Shown here: positions 42,623 through 57,118 of the stretch, in pieces
How positions within the stretch are numbered: position 1 is the first letter of the stretch
Layout of the letters: the number at the start of each line of letters is the position of its first letter
DNA from: the human T2T-CHM13v2.0 reference genome, Homo sapiens
NCBI RefSeq assembly: GCF_009914755.1
Contig: NC_060940.1
Direction: 5' to 3' (one strand)
Length of the DNA stretch: 64,000 nt
The notes under the pieces: model-generated
Database searches by the model: none
Seen by the model: only the letters and a program-made list of their open reading frames with translations
What the model was told of the DNA's origin: nothing
Program-made: the position numbers and the translations under genes

Positions 42623-43139
42623 CATAGGTCCCCAGCCCCTGGGCCATAGGCCGGTATCAGTCTGTGGCCTCTTAGGAACTGGGCCACCCAGCAGGAGGTG
42701 AGCGGCAGGTGAGCAGGCCAAGCTTCATCTGTATTTACAGCCACTCACCATCTTTCACATCAACACCACAGCTCTGCCTTCTGTCACATCAGTAGCAGCA
42801 TTAGATTTTCATAGGACATAGGAGTGAGAACCCTACTGTGAGCTGCCCATGTGAGGGATCTGGGTTGTGTACTCCTTACAAGAATCTAATACCTGATGAT
42901 CTGTCATTCTCTCCCATCACCCCCAGAAGGGACCGTCTAGTTGTGGGGAAACAGGCTCAGCGCTCCCACTTATTCTACATGATGATGAGTTGTATAATTA
43001 TTTCATTATAAATTACAATAAAGTTCACAATAAATGTAATGTGCTTGAATCATCCTGAAACCTTCCCCGCTTCCTGGTCCATGGAAAAATTGTTTTCCAT
43101 GAAACAGGTCCCTGGTGCCAAAAAGGTTGGGGACCACTG
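42623..43139 (+). mobile_element. MER1A (hAT-Charlie) DNA transposon
   Basis: Terminal inverted repeats ca..ggtcccc / ggggaccactg; 8-bp TSD ttctatga / ctctatga. Confidence 0.88.
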
Positions 43140-43210
43140 CTCTATGAAGTACAAATTAATTTAAATAGTCAAGAGTCATGAAAACCTACCTTGCTCAAAA
43201 CACAAAACCT

Positions 43211-43515
43211 GGCTGGGAGCGGTGGCTCATGCCTGTAATCCCAGCGCTTTGGGAGGCCGAGGTGGGTGGATCATGAGGTCAGGAATTTGAGACCAGCCTG
43301 GCCAACATGGTGAAACCCTGTCTCTACTAAAAATACAAGAAATTAGCTGGGTGTGGTTGCCAACGCCTGTAATCCCAGCTACTCGAGAGGCTGAGGCAGG
43401 AGAATCACTTGAATCCGGGAGGCGGAAGTCGTAGTGAGCCTAGATCACGCCACTGCACTCCAGCCTGGGCAACAGGAGCAAAACTCCATCTCAAAACAAA
43501 CAAACAAAAAAAAAA
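43211..43515 (+). mobile_element. AluS (Sg-like)
   Basis: Full Alu, ggatcatgaggtcagga. Confidence 0.95.
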
Positions 43516-44701
43516 CCCTTGATTCTGACGGCAAGATTGGTCCTGTTTGCCCATCCTCCCTCAGTGTCAACCAGCTAATTTTTTGCAGACACCCTCACAT
43601 TGAAGACTTTGTACTTGACCCTTCATTGGGTGCAAGGAGCATTTATCAAAACATATGCATACGCTGTTATCAACATGAAAGTCAGAGTTTGTTTTTATGT
43701 CATCGGGAGAAGGAGATGTTTTTCTCTTTTGTTGTGCTTGCCATGGGGGAGGAGAGTAGCCTGTTGTTGTCATCCCTGCTCTAATATCCCTCATGACATA
43801 TAAATGAGTAATCTGACCTTCCCATAGGATCACAGGTCAAATCATGGTCACAGTGAAGGAGCAGGATCTGCTGAAGGGCAACCAGTGCATTTTCCTGAGC
43901 CAAACTAGCCATTTGAATACCGGTGGAACTAGCTGGGTTGGATATCCCTACTGGTCCCATGAGAATCCATGAAAGAAATGAGTCCTGTTTGCCTGCTCCC
44001 TGCTCTGCTGCAACTAAGCCTCGTTGCATCAAAATGTCTCAAAATTCCACATCAGAGGTAATCACTGGCCATCTCTGGGGTCTCTTGATTTTCCTTGGTG
44101 CCCATTATAAGTTTCTCTTTTATTAGCATCAGGCACAGCAGCCTGTTGTGGCTGCTGACACCAACACCCCCAAGGGAGCTCAGAAGTTCTCTCTTGGTAC
44201 TGCCTAATAATTCTCACTCTATTGCTTACTGTAGCTTTCTTCTTCAATTAGCAATGTAAATGTGATTGCCTGGGCTTGATAATGAGCTTTTCATGGTAAC
44301 AGGAAAAAGCCACCAGCCCCCTAGAAGGCAAAGCCTTCTGGCTGCTGGAGTCCAGCTAGTGGGGGGCTTCTGTTTATTAGAACAATTTTTCAGGGTGATT
44401 GATAGGGATTCCCAAAGAGGACTATCATTCACAGAAGGCGATTAAAGGGGGTGAACTACAGCAAGGGCTTTCTGTGGCTGGCAGTTCTGTTCACTCACAA
44501 GAGCAGCTTAATGTGGTACTGAATTGGAAGTTGTCTTTGCCTTCTCCTGTACCCTTAACCTTTCTTCTAGAGGTAGAAGAGCAAGGAATAACCTCATCCT
44601 CTAACCTCTCAGAGGGAGATGCTCAGATACACACCAAGTTCTAAGTTGGCAAATTGATTTAAGATACATACCAGCCTGCAGCTTTTAGAGAAAATGTTTC
44701 T

Positions 44702-45008
44702 GGCCGGGCGCGGTGGCTCATGACTCATGCCTGTAATCCCAGCACTTTGGGAGGCCGAGGCAGGCAGATCACGAGGTCAGCAGATCGGGACCATCCTGGC
44801 TAACATGGTGAAACCCCGTCTCTACTAAAAATACAAAAAATTAGCTGGGCATGGTGGCGGGCACCTGTAGTCTCAGCTACTCAGGAGGCTGAGGCAAGAG
44901 AATGGCATGAACCCGGGAGGCGGAGCTTGCAGTGAGCAGAGATCGTGCCACTGCACTCAAGCCTGGGCGATAGAGCGAGACTCCATCTCAAAAAAAAAAA
45001 AAGAAAAG
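44702..45008 (+). mobile_element. AluY
   Basis: accatcctggctaac, gaatggcatgaacccgggaggcggagcttgc; TSD agaaaatgtttct. Confidence 0.95.
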
Positions 45009-45102
45009 AAAATGTTTCTAATGAACCAAGTAAAGCAGAACCAGAATTGTTTATTGGTCTTTTGTTTACTCATTTTCTTTTAGTTTGGTTTGGTTTGCTT
45101 CT

Positions 45103-45500
45103 TGATATGGTTTGGATCCGTGTCCCCACCCAAATCTCATGTTGAATTATAATTCCCAATGTTGGAGGTGGGGCCTGGTGGGAGGTGATTGGATCATGGG
45201 GGTGAATTTACCCCTTGGTACTGTTCTACCAGTAGTGAGTGAGTTCTCATGAGATCTGGTTGTTTAAAAGTGTGTAGCATCTCCCCCTACTCCTCTCTTG
45301 CTCCTGCAGCAGCCATGTAAGACATGCCTGCTCCCCTTCACCCTCCACCATGACTGGAAGCTTCCCAAGGCCTCCCCAGATGCAGAACTCACTATGCTTC
45401 CTGAACAGCCTGCAGAACCATGAGCCAGTTAAACCTCTTTTCTTTATAAATTACCCAGTCTTGGTATTTATTTACAGCAGTGGGAGAAGGGACTAACACA
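45103..45500 (+). mobile_element. MST (ERVL-MaLR) solo LTR
   Basis: tgatatggtttggat..cccaaatctcatgttgaatt..aaacctcttttctttataaattacccagtc..gactaacaca. Confidence 0.9.
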
Positions 45501-45595
45501 GTTTTGTTTTATCGCTATCAGAACACGCATCAGCCTCCGTTATCAAGAGCTATGTTAACTCACCACTGCTCTCCTGGATTAATTTGCCTACCTGA

Positions 45596-45922
<327 letters not shown>

Positions 45923-46329
45923 TTCCATCCTCTTTTCTTACCTCTCGTTTCATTTGCTCTCTTCCAGTCACACTAGCCTTCTGTTTTGTCCTGCCTCCAG
46001 ATCTTCACATCTGCTGTTGTACCATCCTGGAAGATGATTCCCTTCCTTCATCTGGCTAACTCTTAGCCAGTCGTCCCATCTCTGGTAATTTACCACTTCC
46101 CTAAGGGAGGTTTCTCTGGCCCTTCAGTCTCATTTAGCTTCTCTATTATATCTTCTCATAGCTCCCAATATTTTCCCTTCCTAGAATGAACCACAATGCT
46201 CATCACGGCGTCATGTATATGATGTTACATTTTTCCAGGCCTCTCTCTCATTAGCTTATCAGCTCCTTCAGGGCAGAAGCCACATCTGTCACATACCCTG
46301 CTAGAGACTCAGTGCCCAGCATGTGGTAG

Positions 46330-46871
46330 TGATACCAGTGGACTGGTGGAAGTCCCAAAGTGCCGGTGGGACCAGTGTCCAGGCTCTTGACGCCTTAGTA
46401 AGAAGGAATTCAAGGACGAGTCAGAAAATAGTGAAAGTACAGAGATTTATTGCAAAGGGAAAAGTACACACTCAAGAAAAAGTAGTGTGGGTATACTCAA
46501 GAGAGAGCCATGCCTAAGGGGGTTTGGAGATGCTATACCTTAATGGGTTTCTTTACCTAAGGGGTGAAATATTCAGGAAAATTCCAGGAAAAAGGTGGAG
46601 ATTTTTCAGAATTGTGGTGCCACCCATTTTTACACCAAATAGGGTATTCTTGGAACTGTGCTGACGCTGACGGCTGTGTGATTTAGGATATTAATGAGCA
46701 TATAACGAGGTCCGGGGAGAAACCTAGGTGGAATCCAGCACCATGTGGGGTCAAGTCGGTCATAGCCAGCTTGGTCCACATGTAGTTTTTCAGGCTCTTC
46801 TCGGCCCATAGCCTCTAGACATGTGAAACTGCTGTCTGGAATTTTTATTCTCCTGTGACCACCCTGTCTCA
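46330..46871 (-). mobile_element. ERV1-class solo LTR inserted in an L2 tail
   Basis: TG..CA ends, near 4-bp TSD gtag/gtat, AATAAA on the minus strand; flanks rejoin into an L2 3' end. Confidence 0.75.
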
Positions 46872-46983
46872 GTATGTGTCATCATAATTGCTGAATGAAT
46901 TTGATAAAAATGAGGAGGGGGAAAAAGGCATAGGGAGACAGAGATAAAAGCAAAGGCATTTTAGCACAATGATATACATATGA

Positions 46984-47403
<420 letters not shown>

Positions 47404-48244
47404 AAGAACTTTCTCATATGTGATCTTCTTTGGGTTTATTTAGTCCTCTGAAATGGTCGACCAGGAATTGTCCCCACCTCTCATATTATTGTTAAGGTGC
47501 CTGAGGCTCAGCAAGCTCCCATGACCTGTTCAAGGTCATGCAGCTGATAAAAGGCAATACCCAGACTTGAACCCAGAGTGTGTGGGGCACCCGCTGCCAC
47601 AGCACAAATTGGCTCTTTTCTCCTGGCCCATTCTCCATTCTATCCCCAGAAGGAAATCTTTCATAACCATTCTTTATCGCTTCTCCACCTGTTCCTTTGG
47701 AAAAGAGATTTTTGTCACTAAAGGAGCTGTTAAAATTAGGAGGAGCTGCTTGATTTGCGGGTGCTGTAAATAAAGATGAGACTGTTCTGGTCTCAAAGGT
47801 GATTTAACTTTAATTGCAACCAGAACAGATCAGAGAGTGAGACGTGACTCAGACGTGATGCTTCGGAGCAGGGGGATGACAAAATAGAACACAGTTTATT
47901 TTTCCTTCTTCTTGGCAAAGAAGGCTGATAAACACTGGTTTGCTCTTGATGACATGAAATGATAGTGTTCTGAAGTACAAAGAGGCTTTCATACCAAAAC
48001 ACTTAAAGTGGCCATCAAAGACAAATGGAGACATTTGCACAATCTGCCAACATAGGCTTTAGCCTTCACTGACTCACCTGCCAACACTGCATTTCCAAGA
48101 ATGCAGGAGGTGGAATCAGACATATCATTCACACAACATATTTTTATTGAGTACCTGCTCTCTGCCAGACACTTCTCAAGCACTAGGGTTAGATCATAAA
48201 GCAAAGTAAAATCCCTGCCTTCGTAGAATCGTACCCACTTCCTG

Positions 48245-48375
48245 CAGTGTTACTGCACACAGCTATGCATGTTGCACATTGCAAAACTCTAAGAGTGCCA
48301 ATCCCATCACATCCATGTGAGTGGGTACCCTAGATGTGCTATCCCCAACCTGCACAACTGTACACAGCAACCCTG
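48245..48375. mobile_element. MER91-like MITE
   Basis: Imperfect terminal inverted repeats cagtgttactg / cagcaaccctg, internal tgcacaactgtacac. Confidence 0.5.
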
Positions 48376-48379
48376 AGTC

Positions 48380-49125
48380 GCCTCCACCACTCCTACCCTG
48401 GGCTAGAGGAATGATGGCTATACCCTCCCATGTGGTCTCCCTGATTTTACCCTGCCCCTCTACTGTCCGCCCTCAATACAAAAGACTTTGTTCTGTTAAA
48501 AACATAAGACAGATCCTATCATATCTCTGTTCATACCCTCCAGTGGCTCCCAGTTTGATTCAGAGAAAAAGCCAACCTCCCATGGCCGATCTGACTTCAT
48601 CTTCTGCCCCTCTCTTCCTTGCCCTCTCCTCTGGCCACCCTGGCCTCCTTCCTATGCCCCACACCTGCCAAGCACTCTCCTGCTGCCCTGGGGCCTATCC
48701 CTAGTTTCCCCGGTCTGCAGTGCTCCTTCCCCAGACATCAGTATGTCTCCCTCACTTCTTTCAAGTCTTTGCTCAAACATCATTTGCTCAATGGGGCATG
48801 CCCTGACAACCTTATTCAAAACTGTATGCACACACACACACATGCAGGCACACGCTCACATGCATGCACACATACAGAGCCCCTGCCAGCCCTCCATACC
48901 CGTCTCTGTTTCTTCTTTCATGACACCTATCAGTTTCTTGCATACCAAATGGTTTTATGATGATGTAATTCATTTACTGTCTGTCATCTGCCCCAGAACC
49001 ACTAGAATATAAGCTCCACAAAGGCAGGGATTTTTTTGTCTGTTTCATGCCCTAATCTGTCCCCAGGGCCTAGAGAAGTGCCTGATATAGTATGCTCTCA
49101 CCAAAGATGGGTTGAATGGATGAAT
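48380..49125 (+). mobile_element. L2 3' region
   Basis: ccctccagtggctccc..ctagaatataagctccacaaaggcagggatttt..gttgaatggatgaat. Confidence 0.8.
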
Positions 49126-49192
49126 TATAGCTGGAGAGACAGACCACAAACTGGCAAACACACTCAGGTACATGCACACACACATACATATC

Positions 49193-49862
<670 letters not shown>

Positions 49863-50920
49863 GTATATTATTATTATATATTATAGAGATTATATATACA
49901 TATATTATTACATGTAATAGATGTGTGTTTATAGCTGAAGAGATCATCAACAAACAAGCACATACACATATATCTATATATATATGCACACGCGCATATA
50001 CATACATATTATATTATATGTATTATGTACATATATTATATATATTATGTGTACCTAATGTGGCTTATTCATTCATAGCGGGGGAGACAGACAAAAACAG
50101 GCATACATAGATACACACATATAGATACACATGCACATATACGTATCACGTAGATATGCACACGGTGGCCCATGCCTGTAATCCCATCACTTTGGGAGGC
50201 TGACGGGGTGCTTCACTTGAGATCAGGGTTTCGAGACCAGTCTGGCCAACATGGCGAAACCTCTTCTCTACTAAAAATACAAAAATTAGCCAGGCATGGT
50301 GGTGGGTGCCTGTAATCCCAGCTACTCGGGTGGCTGAAGCGGGAGAATCACTTAATATGTGCACATATCAGTGTGTATGTGTATGTTTGAGTAGGCTGGG
50401 CTTGGCACCTCTGGGGCACCCATTCACATGGATGTGCTGGGATTCGCACTCCTGGAGTTTTGCAGTATGCAACTTGTGCATATATGTATACATATCCATG
50501 TGATACATATATGTGTATGTGTGCATATATGTATACCCGTTTATATCATATATGTGTGTTCATATGTATGTATATACGTATCTGTGTAAGTTTGCCTTTT
50601 TGTCTCCCAGCTATAATTTATTTATTCATTCAACTAATTTTTGCTCAGCACCTACTATATGTATATGCATATGTGCGTGTGTGTGTGCATATGTATGTGT
50701 GTGTATATGCATATGTGCGTGTGTGTGTGCATATGTATGTGTGTGTATATGCATATGTGCATATACATACGTACATAGTAGGTGCTGAGCAAAAGTATTT
50801 TTGCAGAAGGATTTTGGTAACCTTATATAGAAAAATACAAATAAAACCCTCACACACACATGTATATGTATATATGCATATGCATGTGGCTATATGTGTG
50901 TATACACACACATATAAAAT
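49863..50920. repeat. Discontinuous alternating purine-pyrimidine (TA/CA/TG) low-complexity domain, including a 42-bp unit x2.4 at 50661-50760
   Basis: Direct inspection. Confidence 0.85.
50160..50353 (+). mobile_element. Alu truncated at both ends
   Basis: Left arm plus first part of the right arm; stops at gagaatcactt with no tail. Confidence 0.9.
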
Positions 50921-51347
50921 AACAGCAGATCAGAAGAAGCCTAACATGAAGGAGTTCTGTCCTCAGGGTTCCTGACTTGTCTTCTGTCCTCTTCCATTAT
51001 AGGAGGTCTGGTCCAAAGCCTCCACTTTACCCTCCTACCCCCTTTTCTGCGGGCCTCACTACAGTTTTCTGCTAAATAAGGGGACCAGGTGGTATGTGAC
51101 CTTCTATCTGGTCCTCTGGGAAGACTATCAGGCTTTGGGGCATAGGGCCATAAAGAAGCAGAGCAAACTCTGGAGTGGGGTGTCCACCTCCAACAGTCTC
51201 CAGGAAAGCTGGCACTCTTCAGCATGGCAGGGACTGCAGGGAGGAGGCAGCCTTCCCTGACACTTGCTCTCTCCTGACACTTTACTACGGTGTCACCTGG
51301 CTTAATTTCCTTGGTCCTCACAACCACCCAGAAGATAGTGTGAAAGT

Positions 51348-52107
51348 TGTCAGAATCAAATGGAGTCACTAATGTTAAGAAAATCCTGGTAAACAGAACT
51401 GGAAAAGGCCACGAAGACAGGATTCTCACACTTGTATGCCTGATAACAACAACAGAAACAAAAAGATTCTACAAAAACCCTAACCTTGCCCAAAAGCCAC
51501 GGCAACCGTAAACAGAAAATATTTCTGCAAGGACATCTGTCCAGAAACTGACTGTTCAAATCAGACTGGTGTCACCTTTGTTATTGATCTTTGTTGCCAA
51601 GGATAAATTATTTCAAGACAGTTACATAATTATCTTCACTTTTCCTTTAAAAATCTTAGTGGCCAGACAAGATGGCTCTCACCTGTATTCCTGACACATT
51701 GGAAAACTGAGAAGGGAAGATCGCTTGAGCCCAAGAGTTCAAGACCAGCCTAGGCAACATGGCAAAAGCCCATCTCTACAAAAAATACAAAAGTTAGCTG
51801 GGCATGGTGGCACGTGCCTATAGTCCCAGCTACTCAGGAGGCTAAAGTGGGAGGATCACCTGAGCCCAGGGAGGTGGAGACTGCAGTGAGTCATGATTGC
51901 ACCACTGCACTCACTCCATCTTGGGCAACAGAGTAAGACCCTGTCTCAAAAAAAAAAAAAAAAAAAAAATCTTTGTATTCTTTTTCCTCCCTCAAAATGC
52001 GCACAGTTTACTATGGCAAGTATATTCATTCCCATTGCAATGCTCTGTTCCCAAATAAATATCTTTTCTTTTAGAGAGTCTCTGTTTGTTTGTTATTTAG
52101 GTTGACA
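51348..52107 (+). mobile_element. ERV1-class solo LTR split by an AluJ
   Basis: tgtcagaatcaaatggagtcact ... cccaaataaa ... ggttgaca; inserted in a MIR. Confidence 0.75.
51661..51969 (+). mobile_element. AluJ
   Basis: gatcgcttgagcccaagag; TSD aaaaatctt. Confidence 0.93.
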
Positions 52108-52214
52108 AGGGGGATATTATCATCATCCCATTTTATAGATGAGTAAATTGAGGCTCAACGAGGTTTAGTTTCTGCCTCCAAGTAACAGTGATCTAGTGTC
52201 AGAGCTGAAACTCT

Positions 52215-52740
52215 CTAAACCTTTGCTATTCGAAGTGTGATCCCTGAACCAGCAGCTTCTGCATCACATAGGAGCCTGCGAGAAATCCAGAATTTTACAA
52301 AACAATGAGTTTCGGGGGGAAAAAAAAAAATGAGAAAAAGAAAAATGCAGATTCTCAGGCCCCACCCTAGACTCTCACCCAATCCAAAAGCATGTTACAA
52401 TTTAAGAAGCACTAACCTAAACCAGTGGTTCTCAACTGGGCTGAATACTAGAATCGTGCAGAGAACTTTAAAAAATAGAGATGCCCAGGCTGAACCCCAA
52501 ACCAATTAGATGCTATGGAGGTAAGATCCAGACATTAGTCATTTTTAAGGCTCCCCAGGTTATTCTAACGCAAAAAAAAGAAAGTTGCCCTAAACCAGCT
52601 TTTTAAAAAATTCTTCTATCAATAAAATTACATCAGTACCACACTTAGGAAAACAGAATCGTTAGGCACCTGACAATTTGCATATGTAACAAAAGTTCTA
52701 GGTCATTTTTAAGATCTTGAAAGTTTGGGAAACACTGGCC
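52215..52740. mobile_element. Cluster of MER5-type (hAT-Charlie) fragments
   Basis: aaaaatgcagattctcaggccccaccctagact; cagtggttctcaac; aagtttgggaaacactgg. Confidence 0.65.
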
Positions 52741-53164
52741 TAAACACTAGGATAAATTTCAGCTCAATATCTATAAATTGTCTTTAGGAAGCTGAAGTTT
52801 TAAAATATATTTTATTGTAAAACATTACAGGTACACAGACAATTGTATAAGGCCACAGTTTAGCAAATATTTTAAATTATGCAAATCACCACTACCCAGG
52901 TGAAGAAACAGAATATGGCCAACATTCCCGAATTCCAATGCCTCCCTCTCCCTCTGGAAGTAACCACTATCTTAACTTTTATTGTAATTATTTACTTTCT
53001 TATATTTATAGCTTTTCATCCTGTGTATACATATCTAAACAATATGTTTCATTTTGCCTGTTTTTCAATTTTTTATTAACAGAATCATGCTGTGTGTTCT
53101 CTTTTGTGTACAGTTTCTTTATTCAACATTGTATATATTAGAGTTCATTTTCATTTCCTTATGA

Positions 53165-53805
<641 letters not shown>

Positions 53806-56507
53806 TGAGATTTTAATGTATAAATATTCCACATTGTAAAAAATATATCATTATGTTGATGGATATTTAATTTGGTTCACCGTCTGAGCTACCATAAACA
53901 ATGGTGTTCCAAACTTTTGTGCATAAGTATGCTGAGGCATAAATGTATGCAGCTCTCTGGGATAAATATTTAAGACTCTAGTTGCTGGGTTATTGAATAA
54001 GTATATTACCAACTCCGCTAAATCATGCCAAACACTCACAGCAGAAGTGTTTAAAAGGTCCTGTGGCTCCAAGTACTTGTGCCTTGGATGGTGATTCCTC
54101 TTGGCCACCTTCTCACAAAAACCTGCAGATTAGAAAAAGACCCATTAGCTTTCCCTGCCTTGAAGTCAAAAACCTGCTCTTCCTTAGCCCTGCAAGAAAG
54201 AGATGAATGCTGAGCAGTGGAAATTACAGGGGTGGTTTAATGATGAACTTGCTCCGGGTTAAGACTGGATAGCAATCATTTCCTCTAGGTTTCTGCGGAC
54301 GACTCCACAAATGGAGAATATCTATCATAGGCAGAGGCATGTGGAATGACAACGTGCTTGTGCGATAATGATTTTCCTTCCTGTTTATCACAAAGAAGAT
54401 GATCAATCAAGGTGGGAACACTCAAGTGGGGCCCGTCAAAGAGGGTTTGCCATCAAAGAGAGCAATCAGACAAACTGCTAACAGACCTGGCCAGGAGCTA
54501 GGGCCTCCTTTGTGTGGATCTGGTTATCTGTTCATATACTGCTGTAAAACCCCGAAAAGTAAAACCGTCTCTTCCTCCTTGTCTCATTCATTCATTCAGC
54601 CTGTAGTTACTGAGCACCCACGCAGCACTAAGGATTCAACACTGAGCAAGTCCACTTGACCCAGCCTTCAAGGACCTTACATTCTACTAAGACAGTAAAT
54701 GAAGCCACGGGGCATCACTGGACTAGTGGTTATTCAGCGTCTATCTTGTACTGGGTGCTGTAGATTCAGAGGTGAACAAGGCATCGTTCCTATCTTCGGT
54801 AAACTTACAGTCTAGTTTAACTTCCTTCAAGCACAAGGCACAAGAACTGTGATCAATGCAGGTGCAAAGCATCTATCGGAGCTCAGACATAAACATCTAG
54901 ATCAGATTCTGGACTCAGACACACTATTTCATTCACAAGGACTAATTCCTAACTCTCTCTAGTAGGAGAGCAGAGGCCTGAGTGGAAGGGACACAGCACC
55001 CATAGGTTTCAATGGCAAATTTTAGAGGAGAATATTGGTAGGGTAGGGTATATGAGAAGCAATCACGGTCTTAACAGCCAAGAAAAGTTGTCATGCTTGA
55101 TTCTCAGGAAAGCGAAGGCAAATGAAGACACTCTACTACCTTGAACTTCCGCCCTAGATCAGCAAAACAACAGGAACCATTCATGAGGCTGTTCACATGT
55201 ATTATCTCATTTATTCCCTGCAACTCAAACAGGTAAGCACTAGAATCCCCATTTTACAAATAAGACGACTGAGGCCACGAGAGATTATTTTCCCAACACT
55301 GCACAACTAATAGGATCTGCGAAACCACAATTTGAGCCCAACTCTACTTGACCCTAAAACCATTAGCACTATCTCTATCACTTCTTGGTAAATAAGATGC
55401 CTAATACAGAAGTTTACTTAAGCATCCGTTTACCCTTTTTCCTAAAGGTCAAAGCTGTCCCTACTGTTGTCTTGCCTGGCTGGCCCCAATCTAGTTCACC
55501 TAAGCTCCACCTTCAGCGATCAGAACCCATAGTGCTCTTTGTGGGACCTGGACCCCAAGGAAGAAGAATGTGTGTCCCTGCACATTCACATGACTGTATT
55601 TGTGTGTGTTGGGAAGGTTAGTATGAAGTTGAATGTGATGCCCCCAAGAGGTAAGTCAACTGAGGAAGGAACAGCACCTCCTCTGACCACTCTTGGATAC
55701 TGTTGGACCGATCAGGACAACACCTGTGGCTGCAATGAGCCTGAAGTCAGTCCCTATGTACTGGGTAACAGTATATAGGTCAATTGAGCCTGGCTCCTAA
55801 TCAGATGCTTGTCACTTCATTCATTTACCCGATCATTCATTCCATGTGCTTAATAATTCATTCATCCAATATTCATGATTATATTTATTAAGCTAATACT
55901 TCATAGAAAGCACTGTGGCAGAGACAAAGGTAGCACTATAAACATGAATCAAACCCAAACAATTAAGTACACTCATTGAGACATAAATAATAAAAATGGA
56001 AGGGAAAATGATTTTTGGCCGCATCATCGTGGTTAATATTATCAGTACTTTTTCAGTGCTTAATATTTCCTTGCCAATAGGTCAAGCTGTTTACTTCCTT
56101 TAGAAATCCTATGAAATAGATTACTGCATTGGCCCCATTTAACAGATGTGCACACAGAGGTTCAAAGTGGTTAAAAATAGCTTGACCAAGGCCACACCAG
56201 TGGTCAACGACAGAAGTGGAATTGGACATCAGGGTGATAAGAGAGGGAGAGGTAAGTCTTTGCACTTGCACAGAGTCTGTCTTCACACAGGAAAGGAGAG
56301 AAACAGTCCTAAGTCTAACAATGGAAAACTGGTAAATAGTTCTACCTCTACACAATTATAGTCCCTAAAATGCTCTCTACAGACATTGAAATGGATGAGG
56401 TAGATCCACATATTAACCCAGAAAGTTGCTTACGATGCACCCACTTTGAAAGTGAGTAATACAATAGTGTAGCAGTATTTGGGGATTTTTTAAAGAAAAC
56501 TTTCCAC

Positions 56508-56705
56508 TATATATACATATATATATGTATAGAATATATATATACACACATATATGTATAGAATATATATACACATATATATGTATAGAATATATATATA
56601 CATATATATGTATAGAATATATATACACATATATATGTATAGAATATATATATACACACACACACATAGAATATTTATATATATATATATATATATGCAT
56701 AGAAA
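56508..56705. repeat. AT-rich minisatellite, about 26-30-bp unit (..tatatgtatagaatatatatacac..)
   Basis: About 7 TAGAA-anchored units separated by variable (TA)/(CA) runs. Confidence 0.9.
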
Positions 56706-57118
56706 AAGAACAAGATGGAAAGTATTTTGAGGGCAAGGATTTTTTCCTTTTTGGACACTTGAGATTTTCAGCACATCAATTAGTGCCGGGCACATGCTGT
56801 AACAGATGGCTGATTAATATTTGTCAAGTAAATGAATGATTTATTGGTGAATGTATGAATGAGTAAATTGAGATAGAATGAATGAATGGATAACTGAATG
56901 AATGAATGTGGCAAAATGCCAACAAGAATATAATCTCTGGGTGGTGGGATTTGGGGTGAATTCTTTTCTCTTTGTGTTTATCTGCATGTTTTATTTTTTT
57001 TTTTTTTCCATCAATGGACATAGGCTACTTGTGTGAGGGAGGAGAGAAAATACATCCAGTTTTCTCCAGAATCACAACCTGGAAAGAAGAGGAGTCAGGA
57101 GGCTGAGGTCTAGGACTC

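Noticed and set aside
50460-50975. Overlapping Y/V/C/M/H-rich ORFs on both strands
   Set aside because: Artefact of stop-poor alternating RY repeats.
50941-51429. 162-aa minus-strand ORF
   Set aside because: Begins within an LTR, crosses MIR-like sequence and shows no recognisable domain.
56413-56839. Repeat array and repetitive ORFs superficially like a CRISPR array
   Set aside because: Spacers are low-complexity TA/CA runs, the DNA is eukaryotic and there are no cas genes. It is a minisatellite.
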